A stretch of DNA of 64,000 bases from Prorocentrum cordatum (GCA_963575745.1 CAUYUJ010000226.1:558001-622000), one strand, 5' to 3'. Numbered from the stretch's first letter, positions 9,511 through 30,200 are shown. Notes: a model not told the origin generated them from the letters alone. A program made the numbers and translations.

Positions 9511-10327
9511 GAGGACAGAGGAGGAGGACAGAGGAGGAAAAAGAGGAGGACATGGGCAAAACCAAGATGCCTCATCGATGCTGCAGTACGCCCTCCTGTT
9601 CCACGTCCCCTCCTCAAGTATCCCTGCAAGCTTTTCTTCCCCCTACAAAAAGCACCTCCTTGAACAACCAGCACCCTTTGACCCTGCCGTGCAGGTGAGA
9701 GCCACCTTTGAATTGGAATTGGCTTGCATCTTTCCAGCGGGTAGCCAAGAGTGCGACAAGGTATGATCATATATAGATCAACGAGGCGTCCAGCCTGTTG
9801 CCTGTGTTGAGCAGTGTGCCCCCATCTGTGTAATTCTCACAAGCCTGCACTGCTGAGCTCTTATATATGACCATCCTTTTATTGCGAAGGCCTTACGGCC
9901 AGTGCCGCCGACCCTGAATGGCGACGACGACGACGACGACGACGTCCCGGGGACTCACCGGGCGGTGGATGTGGACATGTTTTGGCCCCCGTGGGCCAGC
10001 ATATATGCATATCCACCGCCTGTGGAGGTCCGCGAAGGTTGACCCTCTGGGCGGTGTATATATATCCCCGCCTCGAATGTGGAACTTCCTTGTGTATGCG
10101 CTGATTGTATCGGCGTCCCCCCAACATACTCATACTATGTGTTCGTCGCCCCCCCCAGAGGCGACGCGCGAACCGAGAAATCGTATAGTATATGCGTCGT
10201 GGCGGGCGCTTTCTGGCCACACCGCTCGAGAAACGATATACTACAAGATGGGTATACTATATGTTCGGGTCGGACGCGCGCCTCCAAGGCGGACACATAG
10301 TATTAGTGTGTGCGCTGATTGTACCGG

Positions 10328-10418
10328 TGTAGGGTTTAGGGTTTAGGGTGTAGGGTGTAGGGTTTAGGTTTAGGGTTTGGGGTTTAGGGTTAGGGTTCGG
10401 GTTAGGGTTAGGGTTTAG
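10328..10418 (+). repeat. Interstitial telomere-like repeat (TTTAGGG/TTAGGG variants)
   Basis: About 13 units of TTTAGGG, TGTAGGG, TTAGGG and TTCGGG. Confidence 0.85.
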
Positions 10419-10562
10419 CCCCCCCCTCGTTCTTCGACCGCACCCTGCCGCTGGAGGAGATCGACGTCCTCCAGAGGTCCCAGGAGCAGCTGGCCAAGAA
10501 GTGCGCCCGCGGGGCCGCAGGGGAAGGGGGTGGCAGGCAGGAGCTCCGAGGAGGGAGGGGGG

Positions 10563-10901
10563 TACACCTTGGGCGACGCTTAAAAAAAACTTACGTTTCA
10601 GGAGGGGAAAAAACACACAGACACAATTAGTCCTCGATCCCCCAGAAAATATCGGAAAATATGGGAAATGGGGGGGAAGACGAAAACCCTAAAAAGATAT
10701 AGGAAAATATGGGGAATCTTTTTATTTGTGTGTATTTATTTGTGTGTCCTGGGGCCCCTTCAAAGTTTTCGGCCAGAGTCTCGATTATTTTAATGTTTCA
10801 ATGTGAATCCTATGAGTTTGATAGACGTTTTGGGTTTGTATTCAAATCCTGAGGCTCTGAATTTCTTAACCCATGATTTCTTAGGCATTTCGCAGGGTGT
10901 A
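10563..10901 (+). mobile_element. MITE family A (TACACC...GGTGTA), interrupted by a family B element
   Basis: Both halves match the copies at 12991 and 14468. The segment 10599..10762 is a family B insert. Confidence 0.75.
10599..10762 (+). mobile_element. Short interspersed element family B (CAGGAGGG...ACACACAGACACAA...TTTGTGTGTCCTGGGGCCCCTTC)
   Basis: Six related copies in the window, with subterminal inverted ACACA/TGTGT blocks. Confidence 0.8.
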
Positions 10902-12672
10902 GGATGGAGCACGCCTCCTAGATGGCGTCGGTTTAAACAGTATTTTGGCGATGTCGTGGGCCGTTATCGGTTCGACTTCGTTTTGAAGCAACGGCGGCTC
11001 GGAGACAGAACGAGGGATACCGAAACCGATGCGGAAACGAGCAACATGTCGAGCCCTGCTTCCCAGATGGGGTCGGAGCAGATGGGGTCGGAGGATCGCG
11101 CCGCATCGCGGATGCATCGGCGATGCTGCTCGATGCGGAGCACGACTTTCTTCACTCGACGGCGAGCGAGGCGTGGAAGTGAGAAGGAGTTGGCCTTCTC
11201 AGAAGGCGGCGGGACTTCTCAGAAGCCCTCGGTCCTTCTGAGAAGGTGTCTGTGTCTTCGGGGGAGGCATCGACAACTTCTCACAGGGCCAGGGGCCAGG
11301 GGGGTTCCGAGACTTCTGAGAAGGCCTTCTCTTTCTCTCTTACCCCTCGCTCGCCGCTGATGGATGGGGTCCGAGCAAGTGGGGTCGTAGGATTGCGCCG
11401 CATCGCCGACGCATCAGTGATGCGGCTTGATGTTGAGCGCAGCTTTTATCCACGCCGACGTCGCCGATACACCGTCGACGTCGCCAGTGCATCGCCAGTG
11501 CGTCACCGCTGCATCTGGGATGCGGCGCGATCGCCGACCCCCTCTGCTCTCGGACCCCTGTCGCGGCAGCGCGGAGGGAGGGAGGGAGGGGAGCACCGAG
11601 GGGGGTGCATCGAGGGAGAGAGGCGTCGCACGGGGCGAGCTCTGGCTGAGCAAAGTGGAGCGCCGAGCATCGCCAGAAGAGCCAAGCATGGCGCCCACGC
11701 CTCGCTCCCCAAATACCGGTCATGCCAGCAGCGTGTAGGCGGTGCGCGCTCTCGTGGCACTATCTGCGGGAAGGAGGTGCTGGGGCGTTTTTGCGTTTTT
11801 CTGCGTTTTTGCGGCACGTGCGTTTTTTGCGTTTTTGCGTTTTTCTGTGTTTTTTTGTGTTTATCTGCGTTTCTGCGTTTTTTGCGTTTTTTTTTTGTGC
11901 TGGTGCGGGCACTATCTGCGTTTTTTGCGGCACGAGTTGGGGCGCCGCGAACGCGGCCAGGGGATGCCCGACGCGAGAGGAGGGTGCACCGAGGGAGGGT
12001 TGTCGAGGCGACGCGCGGCCCCGCGACGGCACGTGCTCCCGACGTCGGTGGTTGAAAAGGTGGGTCCGTAGGGACGGGGTCCTGAGAACAGGCAGGGCTG
12101 CGCGTCTGCCGGTGGCGCCCCCACCCCTCCCCCTCCTCCTCCTCCTCCTCCTCCTCCTCCTCCTCCTCCTCCTCTTCCTCTCCCTCCTCCTCCTCCCCCT
12201 CCTCCTCCTCCTCCTCCTCCTCCTCCTCCTCCTCCTCCTCCTCCTCCTCTTCCTCCTCCTCCCCCTCCTTCTTCTCCTCCCTCAGAATCCCAGCTCTCGG
12301 GACCTCGGCTCCTGCGCCGCCCACGGTGCAGCACGGCGGTGCACGGCGGGGGGCGCACGGGCTCTGAGACCAGAAGCGCCTGCGCCGAGCTCAGGGGAAG
12401 AGCGAGGAGGCCACGGCGGTGGCAGCAGGCGCGGCCTCGGCAGCCCCCCGCCCGTCCGCCGTGCCTGGCGGGGCCAAACACTGGCCGCACAGCGGACCTT
12501 CCCCGGCCGACAGCCGGCGCCCCGAGGGGTGCCGTCTGCCGTGCAGGGCGCGCGCCTCGCGTGCTCCTCGCGACGCCGGGCCTCACGGCGGGCGCCCGCG
12601 ATCTGTCTGTCGGCCTCCACGCGGGCTTTCGGAGCCTCGCTCAAGGCTAAGGTGGAGGAGGAGGAGGAGGCG

Positions 12673-12719
<47 letters not shown>

Positions 12720-12990
12720 TGGGGGCGAGGGTCAGACGACGACGACGACGTCAAGGTGCGAGGAGGGAGCGAAACAGGAGAAGGAGGATCAGGATCGGCA
12801 TCCGCAGCCAAAAAAGGCCTCGGCGTCGGCCTCAGCGGCCGCTGTCCGCATATCAATATACCACTGTTCGTCTGCAGCCTCCCTGGGATGCCGTCGGGAC
12901 TGACCGTCCTGGTGGCCCCGGGAGATCTAGGAAGGTCTTGGCTCAGATCGGGGCGGAATCTGTGGAGCTCGGGGTCGGCTCTACGCCGCC

Positions 12991-13159
12991 TACACCTTAA
13001 GCGATGTTTAAGAAAACTTAAATTTTCGGCCAGGGTCTCGATTATTCTTAATGTTTCAATGTAAATCCTAAGATTCGAATGGGAATTTGGGTTTTTTATT
13101 CAAGTTCTGAGACTGTGAATTTCTTAACCCATGATTTCTTGAGCATTTCGCAGGGTGTA
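12991..13159 (+). mobile_element. MITE family A, 169 bp
   Basis: Imperfect terminal inverted repeats TACACCTT..ATGTTTAAGAAA / TTTCTTGAGCAT..AGGGTGTA, TA at both ends, AT-rich core. Confidence 0.8.
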
Positions 13160-13297
13160 TGCTGTGACGCAAGAGTCCAAGAGTGCTAAGAAGCGGCCGT
13201 CGGCGTCCGAAGGCCGGGGAACCTAGAGAAGCTCCCGAGTTCACCGACAACGGTTGGAGGCACGCTTTCGCAGACGAGGTCAGGGTCCTCTCTCTCG

Positions 13298-13619
13298 CAC
13301 ACACACGCACGCAGACACGCACACACACCACACACACCACACACCCACACACCCACACACCCACACACACACACCACACACACCCACACACCCACACACC
13401 CACACACCCACACACCCACACACCCACACACCCACACACCCACACACCACACACACACCACGCACACACACACACACCACACACCACACACCACACACAC
13501 CACACACACACCCACACACCCACACACCCACACCCACACACCCGCACACCCACACACCCACACACCCACACACCCACACACCCACACACCCACACGCACA
13601 CGCACACGCACACACGCAC
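13298..13619 (+). repeat. CA-rich repeat, mostly (CCCACACAC)-type units
   Basis: Direct reading of the sequence. Confidence 0.9.
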
Positions 13620-13744
13620 CTTACATCGCTAGTGCAAAGCTGGCGGGTTAATTCCATCATTCACCGAAGACGCATGCCTCATATGCTGGGCACCCACATG
13701 AAACACGTACACATGCAGCCTGACCCACATGTTTCATATGATCG

Positions 13745-14430
13745 TGCTCGCAAAGCGTGGCACGCGTGGTATTTCTTCGACACCACAAGGGGTGCGCAGG
13801 GGTGGTCCCCCTCGTTGCGGGTATGCAAAGCGTTGCTGGTTTGGCACTTCCTCGACACCGCAGGGGTGGCGCTTGGAGTGGTCCCCCTATCCGTTTCGGG
13901 CTCGCAGAGCGTGGCAAGTGTGGCACTTCCTCGACACCACAGGGGGTGCGGTGGGGGTTGTCCCCCTGTACGCTTCCTGCTCGCAGAGCTCGGCAAGCGT
14001 GGCACTTCCTCGACACCGCAGGGGTGCGCAGGGGGTGGTTCCGCTCCCCGTTTCGGGCTCGCACAGCGTGACAGGCGTGGCACTCCCTCGACACCACAGG
14101 GGGTGCGCTGGGGCTGATTCCCCTGTCCGATTCGGGCTCGCAAAGTGTGGCCGGCGTGGCACATTCTCGACACCACATGGGGGTGCGCTGGAGGTGGTTT
14201 CCCTATCCGTTTCCTGCTCGCAAAGCGTGGCACGCGTGGCACTGCGTCAACACGCAAGGGGAGTGCGCTGGGTGTGGTCTCCCTATCCGTTTCGGGCTCG
14301 CAACGCGTGGAAGACGTGGCACTTCCTCGACACCACCCAGGGATGCAATGGGGGTGGTCCGACTATCCGTGTCGGGCTCGCAACACGTGGCAGGCGTGGC
14401 ACGTCTTCGACGCCGCAGAGGGGCGCTGTG
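13745..14430 (+). repeat. ~79-bp tandem minisatellite, about 9 copies
   Basis: GTGGCACTTCCTCGACACC recurs at ~79-bp spacing (about 13847, 13926, 14005, 14084, 14163, 14322). Confidence 0.9.
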
Positions 14431-14467
14431 GGGGCGCGCAGATGGGAGCTCCCGACCTCTTCCCCAG

Positions 14468-14636
14468 TACACCTTAGGCGATGCTTAAGAAAACTTAAGT
14501 TTTCGGCCAGAGTCTCGTTTATTCTTAACGTTGCAATGTAAATCCTAAGATTTGGATAGAATTGTTGGGTTTTTATTCAAATTCTGAGACTATGAATTTC
14601 TTAACCCATGATTTCTTAAGCATTTCGCAGGGTGTA
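14468..14636 (+). mobile_element. MITE family A, 169 bp
   Basis: Colinear with 12991..13159, with the same TACACC...GGTGTA ends. Confidence 0.8.
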
Positions 14637-14797
14637 CCCAGTTCATGCCCACGGGGCGCGGCAGGCGTGGCGCTTCCTTGACGCGATAGGGCTGCGTGTG
14701 GGGTTGGGGGATGCGCGGACGAGAGCTTGCGTCTTATCCAGAGCTGTAAACACCTTGGCTCAGGCTAGCTCGGCGCACCGGCGATCTCACGCAGGCA

Positions 14798-22260
<7,463 letters not shown>

Positions 22261-23151
22261 AACGGCGGTGCACCCAGGGCCTATCACTTGTGTGTCGGAT
22301 TACTCGTTCGCCTAGTTGTAATTTCTCGTTTTCTTAATGGTTCGTGTCGTTTGCAGCACACCGGCCGAAGAGGAGGAATAATCCACGTGCGGAAGAGGAT
22401 CGCAGAGGATGGCCGCAGAGCAGAGGTGGTTAGTGCGGGGCTGCAGTGAAGAGGCGTAGCGAAGAAGAGGATGCGCATTGTGAAACAGGATAGGGGGCGT
22501 GGGGGCGCAATTAGGAGCCAGCAGCATGCAGCAACCAGAACGACCACACAGCACCAAGCAGCAGCATTCAACGCCGAGCACAATTGAGCAGCGGCGAGCG
22601 ACGGCGATCGGTAGCATCAGTTGTGCCCTGCATTGGTGGTGCGTGTATACGGGATTTGTTGGAAAGGATCTGCCTGATCGCCAGGTACGCGATAGATGTG
22701 TCAAGCTTGGAAGAGTTGCCCGTGGAGGAAGACGAAGAGATCGACGACGAGCCAGAGGACGGCACCCGATGTGCATGACCAGTTGTTTTCGTGGTGCCTT
22801 CTTTCCGCTTGCTCACGGCTGGCCGTTGTGACGCCTCCTTGTCGTTTCACCCGTTTCGGTTTTTGCTATTTTGTGTTCGCCTCGTTGCATGCGATCGAGA
22901 GGTTCGGCCCTGCGCAGAGGGGCAGGGGGAGAGGGGAAGGTTTTCAAGGAACGCCCCTGCTTCTAAGAAACCTCCCCCCCCTCCCCCTCCCCGCCCCTGC
23001 GCGTGGCCGACCCTCTTCGGGGATATGTTTTTCCCTACCTAGGCTCTGCCTAGAAGGGTTCTTACTTTAGAGCGTAAAGGGGCGGGCAGTGCCACCCGCC
23101 CCGGGCGGTTCCCCCAGCATCCGCCCCGCGGTTCCCCCAGCTACGTCCCCG

Positions 23152-23660
23152 TAGCTTAGCGTTGCGTATCTAGCTTATTTCATCTGAGCTTAGCTTAGCT
23201 ACATCTTAGCTCAGGTGTATCTTAGCTTAGCCTACCTTCATCTTAGCTTCGCCGAGCTTTCTCATAGCAGAGCACAGCATAGCATAGCACAGCGTAGCAT
23301 AGCATAGCGCAGCACAGCATATCATAGCAGAGCCCAGCATAGCATAGCATAGCGCAACATAGCATAGCGCAGCATAGCATAGCATAGCATAGCATAGCGC
23401 AGCACAGCACAGCACAGCATAGCACAGCGCAGCAGAGCATAGCAAAGCATAGCATAGCATAGCATAGCGCAGCTTAGCATAGCATAGCATAGCATAGCTT
23501 AGCACAGTACAGCGTATCATGCCATATCATAGCTTAGTCTAGCATATCATAGCATATCATATAGCGCAGCATAGCATATCATATCATAGCATAGCATAGC
23601 AACTCATAACATAGCGCAGCATAGCATGGCATATCATAGCATAGCATAGAATAGCATAGC
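23152..23660 (+). repeat. Pentanucleotide tract grading from (CTTAG)n into (CATAG)n
   Basis: Direct reading of the sequence. Confidence 0.93.
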
Positions 23661-23891
23661 CTAGGAACTACTGATGCTTTCCTGGGGGCTCCAACTTCTA
23701 GGTAGGGTCGCACTGGGGTAATTCATCTTGAGTCGATTATTGTTGTAGGTTCCCGGCGCTCTCTGAAGAGCCCTTGGACGCCCAACATAGCGAGACATTT
23801 TCCGACACGATTGCTGCACGACGCGAGGAGGTCTGAGGCCACAGATTGGAAACAAAAACACATCGACGACCAACGACGACGACGACGACCA

Positions 23892-23949
<58 letters not shown>

Positions 23950-24245
23950 CTCGACGGGTGGAGCGTTGACGGGTGCTCCCCGCGAAGCATCTCAGCATGG
24001 CCGCCACCCGCCGCCCCGCACTGCTGGCCCGCGAGGCGCGGCGCCCGCAGTGGCCGGGCCCCGCCCACCGGGGGGCTGGGGCGCGGGTGGCCGGCACGCG
24101 CCCTCAAGGTGCATCTGCGACTGTCCTCCTCCTCCTGCTCCTCCTCTTGCTCCTCCTCCTCCTCCTCCTAATCCTCCTCCTCCTCCTCCTCCTCCTCCTC
24201 CTCCTAATCCTCCTCCTCCTCCTCCTCCTCCTCCTCCTCCTCCTC

Positions 24246-24785
24246 CGTGGCCCCATCGAAGGAGCCATAGGGAGCCCCATAGAAGGAGCCCCATAGGAGC
24301 CCCATAGAAGGAGCCACCTGGATGGCCCCACAGGGAGCCCCATAGAAGGCCCCACAGATCCTCCTCCGTGGCCCCACAGGGAGCCCCAAGAAGGCCCCGG
24401 TGGCAGTGTTCACATGCGGTTCCCCGCCCACTCTGGGCACACCCCGCGCACGCTCCGCGGCCCCATAGGGAGCTCCACCGATCGCCCCGGTTGCAATTTC
24501 CACACTGCCCCACAGGGACCTCCATTGGAGGCCCCAGCGGCATGGTTCGCATGCGGTTCCCCCCCCATTTCGGCACACCCCTCACACGCTTCGTGGCCCC
24601 ATAGGGAGTTCCACCGAAGGCCCCAGTGGAAGGGTTCGCCGGCCATTCAGGCACGCCTCTCAGACGTTTCGTTGCCCCAAGGAGAGCTCCACCGAAGGCC
24701 CCAGTGGCCGGGTTCGCATGCGGTTCCCCGCATGTTTCGGCACACGCACACACATACCGCACGGTTCATGGCCCGTAGGGAGTTC
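24246..24785 (-). repeat. Minisatellite with core GGTGGAGCTCCCTATGGGGCCACG, reverse orientation
   Basis: Repeated GTGGCCCCATAGGGAGCTCCACCG, the reverse complement of the core in the 47.2-48.2 kb array. Confidence 0.85.
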
Positions 24786-25169
24786 CGCTGAAAGCGGCAT
24801 TCACAAGTGCGGCACTCGCACTTGCATATGGATGGGTCCTTCGCCAGGATAGTGTGGTCCTGCTCCATCTCATTTTCCTAGGCTCGCCACTTCGGCGAGC
24901 CTGCCTACCGCGGCGCGTGCGCGGCCGGGCCAGCCTGGGACCATGCCACCTGCAGAGTATGGGCGCTCACCTATAGCACAGATCGAAATCTCCTCCCCCC
25001 TCCCTCCTCCTTCCCCATCCTTCTGCTCCTCCTCCTCCTCCTCCTTCTCCTCCTCCTTCTTTTTCTCCTCCTCCTCCCTCCCTCCTCCCTCCCTGCTTCC
25101 CCATCCTTCCTCCCCCTCTGCCCTCCTCACCCCTCCCTCCTCCTCCCTCACCCCCTCCCCCTCTCCGTC

Positions 25170-25815
25170 CTCCCCCTCCACAATTACTCAATATGAATAC
25201 TACTCTCCCTCTTCCCCCGATGGCGGCCTGAAAGTAGCCGACCCCCCCCCCGCGTACTGTTTTTTTACACACAGGATTCCCGGGAGTTGGGTTTTCGCTT
25301 GCGTTTTTTTTCAAAATGCTGCTCTCGCTGAGGCGCCGGCCTCATTTCTGCTCCCGAATCGTTCCGAATCGTGCTCCCGCTGCAGCGTGGGCCTCATTTT
25401 CGGATCGGTGTTTGGCCTCCGTCGTTCAGGATGGCGTTCTCGCCCCAGCGCGGGCCTCTTTCTCGCGCGCCCATCCGCCCGCCACCACCGCGCCGCACCA
25501 CCACCACCAACACCACCACCACCACCACCACCACCACCACCCACCACCCACCACCCACCACCACCACCACCACCACCACCACACCACCACCACCACCACC
25601 ACCACCACACACCACCACCACCCACCACCACCACAACCACCAACCACCACACCACGCACACGCACGCACGCACGCGCACCACCACCCACTACGCACGCGC
25701 GCGCGGAGCCACAGGTCCGCTACGACACGCGTCCGCGGATAGAGAAAATCAGCGCCATGGTAAGGGATGGGAGGGAGGGGTAGGACGTCAGATATGACGC
25801 GAGCGCACCTAACTT
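25170..25815 (-). repeat. Dispersed ~0.65-kb repeat with (CCA)n tract, copy 2 (inverted)
   Basis: Reverse complement of 8750..9510. The ORF track shows matching translations on opposite strands. Confidence 0.9.
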
Positions 25816-26051
25816 GCCTCTCCCCCCCCTCTTCCCCTCCCAGCCTGCCCCCCCTCCGAAAAACAGTTGAAAATCCCAGTCCCGTTCCGTCGTCCGCCGA
25901 GCCCGGGCCGCCGAGCGGACGACGCCCCCGAGCCGGGGCACCCCCACCCCACTCCAAGGCACGACGCCGAGGGGCCCAGGGGCCCCGTGGGGCCCAGGAC
26001 CGGCACGAAAGGTGCACGTGTTTCTTCGCCCCCCCCCCATGACAGTCAACA

Positions 26052-26209
26052 CGGAGGTGGATAGACCTCCTATCCTGACACGTCGAGTAAGGAGCTGGCC
26101 GTTTTCGGTTCGCGAGCGGGCGTCGCGGCCGTCAGTTTTTGCGGGTCCAGGTCCGTCGGTTTCGGTCCCAGGCCGTTTTCACTACTAAAGGGAGGTTTGT
26201 CCACCGCCG
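26052..26209 (+). mobile_element. MITE family G (GGTGGAYAGA...TTTGTCCACC)
   Basis: Terminal inverted repeat CGGAGGTGGATAGACCTCC / GGAGGTTTGTCCACCGCCG. Internal ACACGTCGA and CCGTTTTCGGTT motifs are shared with the copies at 51105 and 52261. Confidence 0.65.
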
Positions 26210-27177
26210 ATGAACATGGAGAGCAAGGATGCGCGACTTTCCAAGGTCACCCTTGCGGCCTTCCCTCGGCCCGCACTCGGCCTTTTTCGCTGGCTGCGCC
26301 CCGCTCGAAGAGTGTTGACACGGCCTTCCAAGGGCTGCGCACCCGCACCGTACACTGGTATTTTACGACGCGCTGGTTGTAGTCGCCCCCCCGTGAAGCG
26401 GAGCTCGATCCTGCCTCCTCCCCTTACAGGACGCGCGCCAGTAATTATAGAAGAAGCAGCGGTGTGTCATGCGGTTGTCTCCTTCGGGGCTCAAGCGACG
26501 GGGGTCAGTCGGAGCGCCGGACTTTGCAGGATCGTGCAGGGCCAGGGTTGCATTGACCCAGGTTTGGGTGCAGGATCCTCCAGGATCCTGCAGACTCTTG
26601 CAGGATCCTGCGAGGCATGACTGACCGGGGTCTGGATAGACCCGGGTCAGTAGATCCCCGATTCCTCTCCTTCTACTTCTGGGGCCGCGTGGTTCCGCTG
26701 GGCATGCTGCCTGCGGTCTGCACGAGGCTGATATGCAGTCGCGAGCCGCCCCCTCCCTTCGTGGAGAAGCCTTCTCCCTGGAACGTGAAGAGGCCTGCGG
26801 TGTGGCGGCGAGAGCACGCTTCGTGGCCTTGGCTTTGCAGTGGCCCGTGGCACCGGTCTGCCCTCTGTTGGAGACCCTGCGCAAACGACGTCTCTGCCAT
26901 GAGCTGTTCCCGCCGTCGCGGACGCCGGACCCCGGGCGGCTGGAGAAAGCTTACGCCCCAGCGTGGCGCCGCCATCGCATTCATTCTGCAGCCGCCTGGG
27001 GGGCAGGCCACCCCCGGCGGCGGACAGGCATGCTTCATGCCGTGCCTTGCCCGCTGGTGCCCGCCTTGACGACGCCGCTGGGCGCGGACGGGCACCACCG
27101 CCCACGGACAAAAGGGAGGATGATGAGGAGGAGGAGGAGGAGAAGGAGGGGCAGGCGGAGGAGGAGGAGGAGGAGGA

Positions 27178-27208
<31 letters not shown>

Positions 27209-30200
27209 GGAAAGGAGGAGGAGGATGGGGAGGGGGAGGAGGAGGAGGGGGAGGTGAAGGAAGAGGAGGAGGAGGAAGAGGAGGAGGAGGAGAAGGAGGA
27301 GGAGGAGGAGGAGGAGGAGGAGTAGGAGGAGGAGGAGGAGGATTAGGAGGAGGAGGAGGAGGAGGAGGAGGAGGACGAGGGAGGAGGAGGAGGAGGAGGA
27401 GGCCCACCCCCAAAGGACGACGCCGAGGACGAGGACTGGGAGCCGCCGCGCCCCGCGCCGCGTCCTCCTCCTGCCCGGCATGGCTCCCGGGCCCCGCCGG
27501 GAGGGCGCGGTGGCCAGGCCGTGCGTCCTGCAGCCAGGGCGCGGAGAGAAGGAACGCCTCGGGTGCCAGGAGAGAACCTACTAAAAAAACACGTGGCTAT
27601 CGAACACGTTGGCCACCAACGTGGGAGCGAAGAACGCGTGGCAGGCCGAGGAGCGTCGCACGAGACATCGCCGAGGGCGCACGCGCCTGCACGGAAGCCC
27701 GCGCCTGACCTCGCCGATGCCTGCGGAGGAGAGATCTAACAAGTTTCCCTCATTGCGGGCAAGACTTGTGTCCAGATCCAGTGCAGCTTGGAGTTTCGGG
27801 CTCCCTTCCCTAGAAACCCGAGGCGCACCGGTATGGGTGAAGATGTGGCCCCTGGAGGCTCGATGTTTATCCATATCCAGTGCGCCTCGGCCTTGCAGCG
27901 TCCCTTCAAAGAAATACCAAGTCGCACTGGATCTGAATATTAAGATTGCCCGCACAGGAGGGGCTTCGGTTTGCGAGCCGCTCCTGGAGGCAAGGGAGGA
28001 AGAACCACCTGGCAACGATCATCGGCGTTTGCTGGACGGCCCTGGGCGTTTACGGAGCAGTCCTGCCCTGTTCGCTTCCGTCTTTGGGTGCGTTCACGAA
28101 ACGGTTTCGCGTGTCAGGGTGTTGAGTTCGAGGGTGGATTTTCTGCCCTCGATTGAACCTGGGTCGGGGAACCTCTTCGTGGCCGAGGCGTGCCGTCGAT
28201 CTGAAACTGCCCCTGCCTTCCTTGTGCAGCGCGCCTTCCCTGATGGTAGCGCGCGGACTGCAGGCTCGGGCCCCGGGGGGGAAGCGAGAGGGAGCAGGCC
28301 TTCTCAGAGGGGCAACCATAAGGGGGGGGGATGGGCATGGGGGGAATGCATCGACCACCAATCGCCCGTCGATCGCCGATTTGGGTCTCATCGCCTCGCC
28401 CCGCCCAGGAAGGTGCGGATTCGCCAGCGGGGGCCGTTCGCCGATCTGTCGACGATGCATATTAGTGCCGAGTCCAAGTCGATGCGTCCCCCCCCGGGTG
28501 CCAGCCGCCCCCCATCGTTGCCCCTCATTCTCAGAGGGTGGCGGGGCTTCTCAGAAGCCCTCCGGCCTTCCGAGAAGTTGTTTGGGTCTCCGGGGGAGGC
28601 TTATGGAGCTTGTCAGAAGGCCCGAGGTCTTTCGAGCCATCAGAGAAGGCCTGCCCCTTTTCACTCCCCCCACTCCTCCAGGGCTCGCCGCCAATAGGCC
28701 TCCCGGATGGTTCCCGAGTAGATCTCAGGCCTTAAACGTATTGACCAATTCCAAACGGAGGTTTTCTTTTTTGGGGGGGATTTTCAGCCTCTGGGGGCCC
28801 TTGCCGAGACTTGGGGCCCTTACAAAACGGCTGCATGGGGATGTAAACTTTGTCTTGGGGGATGGGTCGGGAGTTCCAGGGACTGCGTATCCATAACATC
28901 AAAACATCGGATCTTTGGGATGGGTTCGGAGGACCGCGCCGCATCGCCAATGCAGAGAGATGCTGGCGGGGGGGTCCCTCATCAGAACACAGAAACCCTA
29001 CCAGACAGCCCTTGGCATTCTTCAGCGCCTCAATGTGCACAAGGCATGGTGGCGGATTTAATCTCGTCAGTTTTAGGACCGTCGTCGTTCGTCTTCTTGG
29101 AAGCACTTTGTTCTGCAGACTGTGCGACCAATGGTGCGTTGGGTGTTGTGCAGGACAAAGTCAGGGACGGCAAGTTCAATAGGCGGTGCTCGGAGGAGGA
29201 GGAGGAGGACGGCGACGACGAAGAACTAGCCCACTTCTTCGCCTTTCCCCGCCTTCTACTTCCCTCCTCGCCCTCCGCTCATGTTGTTCACATTGTGCCT
29301 CCATTGACTCCTCTCTTTCCTCGCCCTCCTCTCATATCGGCCATAGACCGCTCCCCATTGACATTGTGCGAGCTTCAACTCGTTGCGTGTGGGCTACCTG
29401 TTTGCCACGTAGCTCCTTGGTGCGGGCTTTTGTGCGCGCGTCAGGATGCGCCTCAGTCGGCGTTGCCGGCAGCCGCGGCCACGCCAGGGGCGGACTCTAC
29501 CGACCGAAGTGAGGGCCTTATTGAGACGGTCCGCATTGACTCCGATCGATCGGTGCATCATTTCGAGAGATCGCACCCGATCTGATGGATGGGCCAGACG
29601 ATGATTTCTGCCCATCTTGCCTCGGGTAGCATGCGTCCGCCTTTGACGGGTATATCAGTGTATACATCGATATCAGTAATTTACCGTCTCGGCTTGCCAG
29701 GGTTGTTTAGCTTCTTCATAATTTGAAGCCTGGGATGCGATTCTGGTCTTTCTGTTACGCGGTGCAAATCATATTTTGGTGCACTGTCAGTTGTGCAGGG
29801 TCGAAGTTATGTGATGCATGCATTCGGCGTGTGAAGTTGCGAGGTGTTGAGTGTCGTTTAAACAAGCGGTGTGCAGTCGATTCTGTGGATAATCCCGAGG
29901 TGGACCAGGAAAAGGAAAAGGAGGAGGAATCCTGGAGGCTTCTGGTACGCTTCGGCTATTTCCTGATCTCCAGAGAAGGAGGAGGAGGAGGAGGAGGAGG
30001 AGGAGGAGGAGGAGGAGGACGACGAGGCAGTGGAGGTGGAGGTGGAGATTGGAGGAGGAGTCAAAAGTCCTGATGGGAAGGTAGTAGGAGGAAGCCGAAG
30101 GAGGCGTGCGAGGAGGTGGAGGACGAGCAAGGGACGAGTAGGTGGTCCGGGGAATTTCAAGAGTCTCCCGGCTCGCACTGCGTCCCGCTCCCTCCTGCCC

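Noticed and set aside
9540..9880. Possible decayed LINE thumb fragment on the minus strand (KRMVIYKSSAVQACENY..RLD)
   Set aside because: Resemblance to the intact pol is too weak to support without an alignment score.
13745..14430. CRISPR-like regular repeat
   Set aside because: The intervening segments are homologous to one another rather than unique spacers. No cas genes, and the context is eukaryotic.
14751..14765. CCTTGGCTCAGG as a spliced-leader relic
   Set aside because: Short match followed only by microsatellite, with no CDS.
22584..22778. Short acidic ORF that might be an exon
   Set aside because: No homology I can recognise and no supportable splice model. Small exons of a large gene cannot be excluded without RNA data.
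27609..28697. 362-aa ORF
   Set aside because: No recognisable motif, TTG start, and it runs through dispersed repeat families.
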